From Octopus sinensis (lineage: Eukaryota): a DNA stretch of 64,000 nt. The notes under the pieces were generated by a model that had not been told where the DNA came from, searched no databases, and saw only the letters and a program-made list of their open reading frames with translations. The DNA is taken from contig NC_042998.1 in assembly GCF_006345805.1 (NCBI RefSeq), positions 28,768,001-28,832,000 of the forward strand, written 5' to 3'. The position numbers were made by a program, and so were the translations under genes. Below, piece by piece: positions 1 through 11,404 of this stretch (its first letter is position 1; every line of letters starts with the position of its first letter).

Positions 1-440
1 ACCCTTGAAAAGATATGTGATGAGCAGTGACTCTGAAACTAGTCTCTGGATGCTGGATTTGCTGGCTGGAGGTGCTTGTCTCCACTTTGAAAACATAAGG
101 ATACAGGATATGTGTCAACTCCAACAGGAAACGGTGTTTCCTAGGGCTAAATAACAGTAGCATTCTTCCCTTTCATGGGACTGTCACATTAAGTTGACAA
201 CATGCTATCATCTGTGAACTTGCAAATACCTTGTCTATTGCTACCACAGAGGCTCCTGATTCTCAGTACTAATTAGGCCCCACTTGTGCCCATCTAGTTC
301 ACTCATCTAATCCTTCCATTATCACCCATATTATGCCCAGTGCTAATTCTTGCAGACTTCTGAATAGCTGCTTTGCTCAGAACTTTTCCCAGAGAACGTT
401 AACTCTCTGCGGATGCTAACATTTCTACCAGCTCGCTGCC

Positions 441-852
441 TTTATTTATTTAGTTAGTTAGTTAGTTAATTTTTTTGGCTCAAAAACCAAAAAGCAAGGC
501 TATGTAGGGGGACATGGAGTTATGTACAGGGTGGTGTTCATGCAAAGAGTTCAGGCCATTTGTGGTCAAGGGAGATTTTGAACCGAGCGATCGTCGGTAT
601 CTTCACTATCTCGTCCGGCAACTTATTCCACGGATCCGCAACCCGGACGGAAAAAGCCCCTCTCCTTCAATTGAGATGAAATCGTCGCAGATAGAGCTTT
701 TCGGAGTGACCCTGCAGCCGATGCTCAGGAGCAGGAGTGAAGAACAGCTCTTTATCGAGGTTACACTTTCCGCTTATGATGTTGTGAGCAAGAATGAGAT
801 CACCACAGCGGTGGCGTTTTTCTAGAGAATAAAGGTCAAGCGTCTTCATAAA
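441..852 (-). mobile_element. 5'-truncated CR1/L2-type LINE 3' end (ORF2 C-terminus remnant 538-852, 3'UTR, TAAC/TAAA tail)
   Basis: Minus frame reads KTLDLYSLEKRHRCGDLILAHNII...LRRFHLN*RRGAFSVRVADPWNKLPDEIV...WPELFA*, the typical CR1/L2 ORF2 tail; internal TGA plausibly from CGA; microsatellite tail at 441-470. Confidence 0.85.
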
Positions 853-1588
853 ACATTGAGTCACCAAAGACTCGATGAGGTGCTAAGAGAAGGTCAGACT
901 CGTTGCAGCCAAAACTTTCTGATCTATTGATTTACATTAGAATTTGCAAGTTGGAATTAGTTGCATGAATTCTTTTAGCCAAGAAACAAATACTGTGAGC
1001 TTATCATTACACTATTTCAATTTGTATTTTATTACTGGCAAATGTAAGACATAAAACAGAAAAAGAAACCATTTAATAAGAAAAATGTGTTTTTTCTCTC
1101 TGTTTTTCAGAAGATTAACTGCATTATTTGATATATTTTTTACGGTTATTCTTTTTGCTTTAGTTAAAAGTTATAATGGTTATCATATTATTTACTGACA
1201 ATTTCACGGCTGTTTTATATATTTTCCATTACTGCAGACTTGTAAATTCTTGGTTTAGATAATTTCAATATCACCACTAAAGCACTCAAAGAATTCAAAC
1301 CATGCCATAGTCAATTTTGACTTTCATGCTTATCGTGTCTAAGTACCAGTCATTTACTGGGTAAATTCTTTGCTCCTTCCTGGTTTGTCTTTTATTCTCT
1401 GATCTCTCTTCCTCCTCCTCCTCTGTTTCTTTCTCTGCATGCCTGTTTTCCTCTATTTTTCTTCAATTAGTTATGTTGCATCATGAAAAGAAGCCCTCAC
1501 AACAAGTGGGTTGAGCAAGATGACAAGCAACCCTTCCTGAAGGAAAATCCGATGTGCTACTGAAATATCCAAGGATGGTTCAATGTAC

Positions 1589-1589
<1 letters not shown>

Positions 1590-1622
<33 letters not shown>

Positions 1623-1885
1623 TCACTATCATCACCATCATCACTATCATCAACTCCAGTCATCTGTTTTAGCATGGTTTCTACAACTGGATGCCCTTCT
1701 TAACACCAACCACTTTGCAGAGTGTACTGGGTGCTTTTTACATGCTGCCAACATGGGTACATGTGGTGCCAGTACAGGGACTTTATACATGGCACCAGCA
1801 TGGGTTCCTTCTTTGTGGTGACAGCATGGGTGCTTTTTAAGTAACACCAGCATAGATGTCTTTTACACAGCACCAGCACTTGTAG
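1590..1885 (-). mobile_element. RTE LINE 3'UTR fragment with (GAT)n tail
   Basis: Shares CTGGATGCCCTTC...CCAACCAC core and GTGCC-type units with the UTR attached to the RTE ORF at 35038-35376. Confidence 0.7.
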
Positions 1886-2053
1886 GGTTTACCAAGCAGA
1901 ACAAAAATTAAGAGTACAGTAATTAAAAATGCAATAACCTCACAGTCTGTAATATTTGTTGTTATTGTTGCATGGCCCTTAGGGGCAGATCTGATTCAGC
2001 AGATGTATAGTCAAAGACATACCAGTTATAAAACGTTGCCCTTTTCAAACCTA

Positions 2054-2337
2054 GCCAGGCTCATGGACCTGGTTTCCTGGTTTCTGTGGTGTATGTGGTC
2101 TCCCCAGCTGGACGGGACGCCAGTCCATTGCAGTGTTATTCAAGAAACAGGAAGAGAGAGTGAGAGAAAGTTGTGGTGAAAGAGTACAACAGGGGTTGCC
2201 ACCACCCCCTGCCAGAGCCTCGTGGAGCTTTTAGGTGTTTTCACTCAATAAACACACAAAACACCCAGTCTGGGAATCGAAACCATGATCCTCCGACCAC
2301 GAGTCCGCTGCCTAACCACTAGGCCATTGCGCCTCCA
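2054..2337 (-). mobile_element. tRNA-derived SINE (family E)
   Basis: Minus head TGGAGGCGCAATGGCCTAGTGG (A box)...GGTTTCGATTCCC (B box); related copies near 14040-14310, 55690-56005, 56885-57120. Confidence 0.75.
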
Positions 2338-3084
2338 CATACCAGTTATAGCTAACCCAATTTATTTCCAAGAAATAATGCATTCGTTATTGAGTCATTT
2401 CTTTATAAAAGTAGGGTGTGATTAGAGAGAGAATTGGCTATTTCTAGCAGATTCAACGACCACATATTGACTCTTTCTTTGTCTCATATATTTGAAATAG
2501 AGACACCACAGAGCAAAATTTAATTATCTCCAATATTCAAAGCTTCATTGTTTTGAGCTCAAACTATCTCTGAAATCTTTTAACCCTTAATCAATCACTA
2601 TTAAAAAAAATTAATGTCAATAATGTGGTAAAATAAATTTAATTTTTCTATATTATCACAGAGGAAAAGTGAACCCATTCCTTATACATTGATTTTAGAA
2701 ACGTATACTCCTTACTCTGTTTTATCTAATTAATTAAAATTTTAATTTTCTCCTTTGACTATTTTTTGTTTTTAACCAGAATTAATCATTTATAACATGC
2801 TTGTTTTTTTTTTTTCATGAAGGCCATACTTGTAGATAATTAACACTTGATGAAGGACCAAGTCGGTCCTGGCTGCTTAACCTTTCATCCTTTCAGGATC
2901 GATGAGATAAGCACCAGCTGAACATAGGAGTCAATGTAATCAACTTACCAATTCTTCAGAAATCACTGGCCTTGTGCCAAAATTTAAAACCAATATTTCT
3001 TAGATTACCACATTATATCGTTATTCATTTTAGTATTTAGTTTTTCAGACAACATCCTTGAATAAATCTTTACCAATCATTCAT

Positions 3085-3855
3085 CATCATTATCATCATC
3101 ATTTAACATCTGTTGTTTATGCTGGCATGGGTTGGACAGTTTAACCAGTAAGCTGCACCAGACTCCAGTCTGAGTTGGCATGGTTTTCTACAGCTGGATG
3201 CCCTTCCTAATGCCAACCACTCCGAGAGTGTAATAGGTGCTGTTTGCATGGCACCAGTATTTGCTACAACTACGATTTTGCTCGGCTTGATGGGGTGGGG
3301 GGGGTCTTCTTCTCAAGCATAACATAATGCCAAAAGTCTTGGTCATTGCCTCTGTGAGGCCCAACACTCAAAAGGAACTCAGCCACTTGGCCTCCCTGAG
3401 ACCCAACGCTCAAAAGGAACTCGGCCACTTTGCCTTCCTGAGACCAATGCTCAAAAGGAACTCAGCCAATTGGCCTCCCTGAGACCCAACACTCAAAAGG
3501 AACTCGGCCACTTTGCCTTCCTGAGACCAATGCTCAAAAGGAACTCAGTCACTTGGCCTCCCTGAGACCCAACGCTCGAAAGGAACTCAGCCACTTTGCC
3601 TTCCTGAGACCCAGTGCTCAAAAGTAACTCAGCCATTTGGCCTCCCTGAGACCCAACACTGAAAAGGAACTCAGCCACTTGGCCTCCATGAAGACAAATG
3701 CTTGAAAGGTGCTCTTTATATGCCACCAACACAAGTGCCAGTTTCGTGACACCAGCTTCAGCCATGAGTACAATTTCACTTGGCTTGACAGGTCTTCACA
3801 AGCACAGCATATTGCCAAAAGTCTCGGTCACTAGTCATTGCCTCCGCGAGCTCAA
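3085..3855 (-). mobile_element. RTE LINE 3'UTR copy containing an expanded 41/42-bp tandem array
   Basis: (CAT)n at left, shared UTR core, internal array 3378-3710. Confidence 0.75.
3378..3710. repeat. Minisatellite, 8 units of 41-42 bp with alternating A/B variants
   Basis: Units start at 3378, 3420, 3461, 3503, 3544, 3586, 3628, 3670 (CTCAGCCACTTGGCCTCCCTGAGACCCAAC.. vs CTCGGCCACTTTGCCTTCCTGAGACC..). Confidence 0.95.
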
Positions 3856-3966
3856 AGTTTGAAGATCATGCTTCTTATTTTATTATATAGTATCCCTCAG
3901 TGGTCATTTACACAAATCCTCTATATTTCTCTCCTCAGCTGACATCTGCCATAGCAATTACACTGT

Positions 3967-4009
3967 GTTTCACTGACGAGGTCTAATACGACTGAAACAT
4001 GTTTGGAAT
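3967..4009 (+). ncRNA. Minimal type I hammerhead ribozyme motif (Penelope-like), slightly degenerate
   Basis: CTGACGA (3973-3979), stem II GGTC/GACT, GAAA (3994-3997), palindromic stem III ACATGT, U17, stem I GTTTCA/TGGAAT with wobbles. Confidence 0.6.
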
Positions 4010-4380
4010 TGTCACTGTATGCTATTGAACAAATTCATTCATAACAGCATAATATATCTTGCTACTCTTAATTCAAATTTCTGAATTGTGTGTTCCTTGT
4101 ATAAACTTTTTGTTAATCAGCCATTTAAAAAATGTACTCTTTTTATCACTAAGGATGAAATTTCAATTATTTTTTGGCTCAGTATGTCAAATGTGCTCAT
4201 ATTCTTAGATTACAATTCTTAAAGGGGTCAACAAACGTTAAGGCAAGACAAACATCTCAAATCATATACATTATTATTACTGGGATCTTTACTTTTCTTT
4301 TTCTTCATCTCCTTATTCCTTTTCTTCTGTCCTTTGTGTCATCGTTTCATTAATCTATACCCTTCTCATTTTCCCTATTT

Positions 4381-4436
4381 GTCTCTGATGATGGAATATC
4401 CCATACGTTGGGATATCACAGAAACAACTGTAAGAC
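4381..4436 (+). ncRNA. Minimal type I hammerhead ribozyme motif (Penelope-like)
   Basis: Stem I GTCT/AGAC, CTGATGA (4385-4391), 12-bp stem II with a 2x2 mismatch (TGGAATATCCCA/TGGGATATCACA), GAAA (4421-4424), stem III ACAACTGT, GUA site. Confidence 0.65.
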
Positions 4437-4909
4437 TTTGAATTTTTCCAATAATAATATTGTATACAACTTGAGATGTTTACCTTGCCTTAACATTTGT
4501 TGTTCTCTTTAACAAATATATGTCTACTATATCAGAAATCTACAATGGTTCCATAACTCCTGTCTTGGCTTCAACCTTGGAGCCCTAGTAATCCATTACA
4601 GCACTTACTCAGCATACCTAGTCATTTAGATCACCTGTGAACTAAACTCCCATATTTTATATTCCTATATTATAAAGGGTCTAAGTTGGTGGAGCTGCAC
4701 AAATGGTAAATGCTTGACTAAATGTTTCAGAGGGCTCTCTAATTTTTGTTCTCTATATTCCAAGATTTTATACATGATCAAGATGGGCTGGTTCAGTCCT
4801 TCCTTTGGATTTCAATAAGATAAGTCCCTGTCATACCCTAGGGTAGAGCTAGCTGCTGTTAAAGTTTAGCCTCCAGTTACATCCTAATCAAGCAGACTGA
4901 ACATCAATT

Positions 4910-5752
4910 TCAACTTCTGACACAAGGCCAGCAATTTCAAAGGAGGAAATAAGTTGATTATATCAACCCCAGTGTTCAACTGGTACTTAATTTATCAACC
5001 CTGAAAGGATAAAAAGTAAAGTCAACCCTGGCAGAATTTGAACTCAGAACGTAAAGTCAGAAGAAATGTCATTAAGCATTTTTCCTGGCACAGTTAATAA
5101 TTCTGCCAGCTCACTGCCTTTCGGCAGACTTTAATATCTTTTCTACTGAAGGTACAAGGCCTTGAAATTTTGGGGGAGGGAACTAGTCAATTGCATCAGT
5201 CCCAGTGTTTCACTGGTACTTAATTTATTGACTCTGAAAGGATGAAAGCAAAGTCGCCCTCGGCAGAACTTGAACTCGGAACGTAGTGACAGGTGAAATA
5301 CTACTAAGCATTTTGTCCAGTGTGCTAACAATTCTTATTTCTTTACTGCCCACAAGGGGCTAAACACAGAGAGGACAACCAAGGATAGACAGACGGATTA
5401 AGTAGATTATATCGACCTGTGTGTGTAACTGGTACTTATCTAATCGACCCCAAAAGGACGAAAGGCAAAGTCGACCTTGGCGGAATTTGAACTCAGAACA
5501 TAACAGCAGACGAAATACTCATTTCTTTACTACCCACAAGGAGCTAAACACAGAGAGGACAAACAAGGACAGACAAACGGATTAAGTAGATTATATCGAC
5601 CCCAGTGTGTAACTGGTACTTATCTAATCGACCCCGAAAGGACGAAAGGCAAAGTCGACCTCGGCTGAATTTGAACTCAGAACGTGGCGACAGACGAAAT
5701 ACCACAAAGCATTTCGCCCAGCATGCTAACAATTCTGCCAGCTCACTGCCTT
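4910..5752 (-). mobile_element. Cluster of four tRNA-derived SINE family A units
   Basis: Repeated GTTCTGAGTTCAAATTC...GTCGACTTTGCCTTTCATCC...AAGTACCAG motif on the minus strand; A-box heads near 5110 and 5740. Confidence 0.85.
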
Positions 5753-6189
5753 TGAGCAGACTTTAATATCAAAGACATTCCAGCCCCTGTGGCTTTCATA
5801 TTTTTGGAGTTATTTTTAAAATGCATAAGACTACAAGGTTTAACATCTTTCCTTTATCTAAAATGTCCAGGTGTTATTTAAGGGAGAGTTGGCTGCTACT
5901 TCCTGCAGGTCAAGTTCCCCAGCTGAAGCTCTGTGAAATGGAAATTCAGTCTCGGCATTGTGAATTCCTACAAATTTCTTGTCGTGTATCACTCAGGATA
6001 AGAAATTAAACACAAGATACTGAAAGGCAATAGACTGGAGTTTTTGATTGTCTTTTTTGATTCATGGCACTTAAGAAATTGTTCTTGTGCCTCATCAAAA
6101 GAAATTGTTGCATCATTATAAATTTGCTTCCATTTCTTTCCAATAGATTGACCAATGAAAAATCAAATTTCTTTTGCTTATTAGAAAGA

Positions 6190-6500
6190 AAACCTACACT
6201 GCCTTATAAGTGTGTGTGTGTGTGTGTGTGTGTGCATGTGCATTTATGTGTATGCATGTGCGTTTATGTGTGTGCACATACATGAATACATCCTTACACG
6301 AAAATACATGTGTGCATATGTGGATATATACATACATGCAAACGTGTGTGTATGTGTGCGTTTGTGTGTGTGTGTGTGTGTGTGTGCGCGCACATACATG
6401 AATACATCCATGAACAAAAATACATGTGTGTATATGTGGATATATACATACATGCAAACGTGTGTGTATGTGTGCATGTAGGTATGTGTGTATATATATA
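6190..6500. repeat. (TG)n/(TA)n compound repeat with ~110-bp tandem units
   Basis: Repeated CACATACATGAATACATCC..AAAATACATGTGTG unit. Confidence 0.85.
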
Positions 6501-7025
6501 TCGAAGACTTATTTCTTATCAAATCTAATTACAAATATGACAGCAACAACAGTTAACAAAACAATGTGACAAAGAAAAAGAAAAACATAAACATAAACAA
6601 AGAAACACAAAAAACAAAGCACAACTCCCGACCGTGAGCAGCAACGACAACAAAAACAAAAATAGCGATACAAAAAAAATACAACCATGATTAATAGACA
6701 AACAAAATAAGTACCTGCACCATTACAGACAACAACAATAACAACAACAACAACTTCTAAATCAATGGGAAAAGCTAAAATCAACAAAGATGTACAACAA
6801 AGTATAGAATGCTGCCTCTTCCTGCTATTATTTGCATCTGATTCTTGCCAGAATGGTAAACGGTTTCTTCTCAGCATCCACATCCATGTTTTCAAACTGA
6901 TTCAACTTATCGCTAATTGTATGGTCCTCTTCACGTTGTCTAATTGGCAAGCATCTTTGTTTTTGCCTGCAATTATTACCGGCATCATCATCATCATCAC
7001 TACCATCACTTTTTGTTTTTGTTGT

Positions 7026-8462
7026 CACCACCACCATCATCATCATCATCAGCAGCAACAACAGTGTCACCATCATCATCATCAGCAGCAGCAGTGTCAC
7101 CATCATCATCAGCAGCAGTAACAACAACAGTGTCACCATCATCATCAACAACAGCAGTGTCACCATCATCAACAACAGCAGTGTCACCATCATCAACAAC
7201 AGCAGTGTCACCATCATCATCAGCAACTGCAGCAGCAACAGCAGTGTCACCATCATCATCATCAGCAGCAGCAGTGTCACCATCATCATCAGCAGCAGTA
7301 ACAACAACAGTGTCACCATCATCAGCAGCAACAACAGTGTCACCATCATCATCAACAACAGCAGTGTCACCATCATCATCAGCAACTGCAGCAGCAACAG
7401 CAGTGTCATCATCATCATCAGCAGCAGCAGTGTCACCATCATCATCAGCAGCAGTAACAACAACAGTGTCACCATCATCATCATCAGCACTGCAGCAGCA
7501 ACAGCAGTGTCACCATCATCATCAGCAACTGCAGCAGCAACAGCAGTGTCACCATCATCAGCAGCAACTGCAGCAGCAACAGCAGTGTCACCATCATCAG
7601 CAGCAGCAGCAGCAGTGTCATCATCATCATCAGCAGCAGCAGTGTCACCATCATCATCAGCAGCAGTAACAACAACAGTGTCACCATCATCATCATCAGC
7701 AGCAGCAACAACAGTGTCACCATTATCATCAGCAGCAGCAACAGCAGTGTCACCATCATCATCAGCAGCAGTAACAACAGTGTCACCATCATCATCAACA
7801 GCCGCAGCAGCAGCAACAACAGTGTCACATCATCAGCAGCAGCCACAGCAGCAGCCACAGCAGCAGCAGTGTCATCATCATCAGCAGCAACAAGTGTCAC
7901 CATCATCATCATCAGCAGCAGCAGTGTCACCATCATCATCATCAGCAGCAGCAGCAACAACAGTGTCACCATTATCATGATCAGCAGCAGCAACAAGTGT
8001 CATCGTCATCAGCAGCAGTGTCTCCAACATCATCAGCAGCAGTGTCACCATCATCATCACAGCCGCAGCAGCAGCAACAACAGTGTCACATCATCAGCAG
8101 CAGCCACAGCAGCAGCCACAGCAGCAGCAGTGTCATCATCATCAGCAGCAACAAGTGTCACCATCATCATCATCAGCACAGCAGCAGCAGTGTCACCATC
8201 ATCATCATCAGCACAGCAGCAGCAACAACAGTGTCACCATTATCATGATCAGCAGCAGCAACAAGTGTCATCGTCATCAGCAGCAGTGTCTCCAACATCA
8301 TCAGCAGCAGTGTCACCATCATCATCAGCAGCAGCAGCAACAACAGTGTCACCATCATCATCAGCAGCAGCAGCAGCAGTGTCACCATCAGCAGCAGCAG
8401 CAACAGCAGTGTCACCATCACCATCAGCAGCAGCAGCAGCAGTGTCATCATCATCAACATCA
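7026..8462. repeat. 1.4-kb CAT/CAG minisatellite anchored on CAGTGTCAC
   Basis: Dozens of CAGTGTCAC(CAT)n(CAG/CAA)n units; higher-order duplicate blocks starting ~7801 and ~8062. Confidence 0.95.
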
Positions 8463-8700
8463 TTACTGCATTAAACGTTTCCATGCTGCTGGCATAGATT
8501 GCTTAGATCTGCAGTTGCATCTCTATACGCACTATATCACCTGAATGATTCCTCTAAGAATCCTGATATTCTCCAGTCTCACCTGCATTCCACCATCAGC
8601 TATGTTAACATTTCGGAAAGGAACTTTAAAGAATTACATTGTGAGGAGGAAAACAATATGTCATTAAATATTTTTTTTTAATTGATTTCGTTAATTCAGG

Positions 8701-8751
8701 AGACAACCTTAGACGTTGTTTCAGTGTTGTGACCTCGTTAATGAAACACAG
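8701..8751 (-). ncRNA. Degenerate hammerhead, second copy of the 3967 family
   Basis: Minus reads CTGTGTTTCA-TTAACGA-GGTC-ACAACACT-GAAAC versus CTGTGTTTCA-CTGACGA-GGTC-TAATACGACT-GAAAC at 3963-3998; core mutated. Confidence 0.45.
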
Positions 8752-8999
8752 AAGGAAGAATAATTACATGTATAAAATTGTTGATTTGTTGTAGAAAACT
8801 AGAAAAGCTGAGAGAACTGTGAAGGAGTGAAGGGAGATGTTGCTTCCAAGTGAGGGAGGAAGGGTGAGATTAGGGGTCAGAAGTGAGGAGAACTGATGTC
8901 ACATCAAGGAGTGAGGCATTTGAACAGCCTCTTTCCTCATCAGAACGTTGAGGGGAACAGATGTGTGAGTGGAAGGGGTCTCAAATATAGGAACTTTTA

Positions 9000-9245
9000 C
9001 ATTATTTACGTTTGACGGATATTTGTCCTCATCTTGTTAGTTGTTAACACAACATTTCGGCTGATATACCCTCCAGCCTTCATCAGGTGTCTTGGGGAAA
9101 TTTCAAACCTGGGTTCTCATTCCTAATGTATTTTTTGATGTTATTATTATTATTGTTAAGGTCACTGCTTGGAATAGAACTCAAAATCTTGGGGTTAGTA
9201 GCCCATGCTCTTAACCACTATGCCATAGGCCCATATACAGAACTG
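9000..9245 (-). mobile_element. tRNA-headed SINE carrying an internal hammerhead ribozyme, flanked by a 14-bp TSD
   Basis: Direct repeat TATAGGAACTTTTA at 8986-8999 and 9246-9259; tRNA-like head 9232-9160 (A box TGGCATAGTGG, B box GAGTTCTATTCC); HHR 9091-9046. Confidence 0.8.
9046..9091 (-). ncRNA. Minimal type I hammerhead ribozyme within the SINE
   Basis: Minus: GACAC-CTGATGA-A-GGCTG-GAGGGTATAT-CAGCC-GAAA-TG-TT-GTGTT; stem III probably from AACGTT by CpG decay. Confidence 0.7.
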
Positions 9246-9274
9246 TATAGGAACTTTTATTTTTCTATTTTTTT

Positions 9275-9645
9275 TATATTTGTTTCAGTCATTAGACTGT
9301 GGCCATGCTGGGGCAAGGAATCAACCTTAGGACTTACTATTTTTAAAAAGCTGGAACTTGTTCTATTAGTCCCTTTTGCCTAACTGCTAAGTTACTGGGA
9401 TGTAAACAAACCAACACCAGTTGTGAAGTGGCAGGGGAGAACAAATACAGACACAAACACACATAGATATATATGCATATATAGGATGGGCTTCTTTCAG
9501 TTTCTGTCTACCAAATCCCCTCACAAAGCTTTGGTCGGTCTGAGGATATAGTAAATGACATTTTCCCAAGGTGCCATGCAGTGGGACTGAACTCAGAGCC
9601 ACGTGGTTTGGAAGCAATCTTCTTACCACACAATCATACCTGCAC
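9275..9645 (-). mobile_element. CORE-like tRNA SINE (family B)
   Basis: Reverse complement of the family B consensus (head ..GGCACCTTGGG..; tail GCATGGCCACAGTC..GACTGAAAC). Confidence 0.8.
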
Positions 9646-10181
9646 CTATACAAGACGATGCAAAAGAGATCCCTTTCTGTTTCTTAGCGATCTCTTCTAG
9701 TAATTTTTTCAAGATTATGTTTGGTATTTTGGTAAAAGATACACTAATGAAATTTATTTCATTATTATATCTTTTACTGGCCTTGTGCCAAAATTCGAAA
9801 TGAATATTGTTTAGTGCTTAGTTCTTCATGCTGAAGTAGATTATAGTTGGAAACTTTACAATCACAGAAATTCCATCTTCCTGTATGTTGGAACTACATG
9901 GCCGAATGCTTCATTCCTCAGTTTCTTTAGACATTTGGGTATGATTTAATAAAGTATTAATGACATTTCAATCAGGCATAGCTATTTCACAATCTGTTTA
10001 TGGTCGAAATTATTATTAATTTCATGATATATTTTGTCTGTGTTCTCTGATGTATTTCAATTAATTTAAATTTTGGAAAGTCTCGGTATTTGGTAAAATA
10101 TAGTTGCCTTCCATTGATATAGCAATAAAACTGTAAATGTCTTCTAAAGATGTTGCTAATTCAAAATGATCATATACATAC

Positions 10182-10655
10182 ATCATCATCGTTTAACGTC
10201 CGCTTTCCATGATAGCTTGGGTTGGGCGATTCAACTGAGGTCTGGCGAACCAGATGGCTGCACCAGGAACAATCTAATCTGGCAGAGTTTCTACAGCTGG
10301 ATGCCCTTCCTAATGCTAACCACTCCAAGAGTGTAGTGGGTGCTTTTACGTGCCACCGGCACAAGGGCCAGTCAGGCGGTACTGGTAACGGCCACACTCA
10401 AATGGTGGTTTTTATGTGCCACCTGCACAGGAGCCAGTCCAGCGGCTCTGACAACAACCTTGCTCGAATGTTTTTTCACATGCCACCAGCACAAGTACCA
10501 GTAAGGTGACACAGGTAACAATCACGCTCGAATGGTGCTTTTTACGTGCCATCAGCACAGAGGCCAGCTTGTTGCTCTGGCAACGATCATGCTCATATGG
10601 TACTCCTTGTGCTCCACTAGCATGGATGCCAGTCATCGAATTTGATTTTGATTGC
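10182..10655 (-). mobile_element. RTE LINE 3'UTR copy with five hairpin-bearing units
   Basis: CATCATCATCGTTTAACGTCC tail, shared core, repeated TTTTACGTGCCACCGGCAC-type units. Confidence 0.85.
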
Positions 10656-10656
10656 G

Positions 10657-10720
<64 letters not shown>

Positions 10721-10724
10721 TATT

Positions 10725-10945
10725 TTATTCTTTTACTTGTTTCAGTCATTTGTTTGTGGCCATGCTGGAGCACCACCTTTAGTTGAGCAAATCAACCCCA
10801 GGACTTATTCTGTGTAAGCCTAGTACTTACTCTATTGGTTCCTTTTGCTGAATCGCTAAGTTACAAGGATGTAAACACACCAGCATTGGTTGTCAAGCGA
10901 TGTTGGGTGGTGGGGTACAAGCACAGACACATAGACATATACACA
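10725..10945 (-). mobile_element. Family B SINE, 3' half
   Basis: TTGTTTCAGTCATTTG..GGCCATGCTGGAGCACCACCTTTAGT. Confidence 0.75.
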
Positions 10946-10947
10946 CA

Positions 10948-11293
10948 CAGGGTGCAGTGAGTGTATGTCATTTTTGTATTTGGTTTGCAAGATTCTTTAT
11001 GTGAATTCGTGTGTTGAAGCATATTTTATTGTGTCTGGAGAGAGTCATTCTCTTTTAGTGCCTTATTAATTTAGCACACTCACTGGTCTGATTTCCACTC
11101 ATTTACTTATCTTTTACAAAAACAAAACGAACGCAATTCCAATAATGGACAGAATGAACGACTATTGAAAAGGTTGCAGGTCACAACGAAAATTTTAGTA
11201 AAATATAATAAGTAAATGAGTGGAAATCAGACTGTGAGTATGTTAAATTAATAAGGCACTAAAAGAGAATGACTCCCCCCAGAAACAATAAAA
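10948..11293. mobile_element. Tc1-like MITE/fold-back remnant
   Basis: Starts CAGGGTG; ~85-bp inverted arms 11025-11110 and 11207-11293; homologous fragment at ~48020-48215. Confidence 0.65.
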
Positions 11294-11404
11294 AATTGAA
11301 TATATTGTCATCTAAATTACACAAAAAATAACCCTGACATCTCATTTTAACAGATATATTTACCAAAATTACATAAAAATATCTTGAATTATGAAAGAGT
11401 AAAT

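Noticed and set aside
514-825. 103-aa plus-strand ORF
   Set aside because: Antisense shadow of the CR1/L2 remnant on the minus strand.
2845-2870. Hammerhead-like half: CTTGATGA-A-GGACC-AAGTC-GGTCC
   Set aside because: The core has an extra T and no GAAA follows; the sequence runs into a SINE fragment.
6828-7010. Protein-like minus-strand stretch QREEDHTISDKLNQFENMDVDAEKKPF
   Set aside because: No recognisable family, no convincing splice sites, and the only upstream start lies within the CAT repeat.
10325-10625. CRISPR array (palindromic ~23-bp repeats with ~41-bp spacers)
   Set aside because: Spacers are mutually related, the array is part of a LINE 3'UTR repeated across the window, the DNA is eukaryotic, and no cas genes are present.
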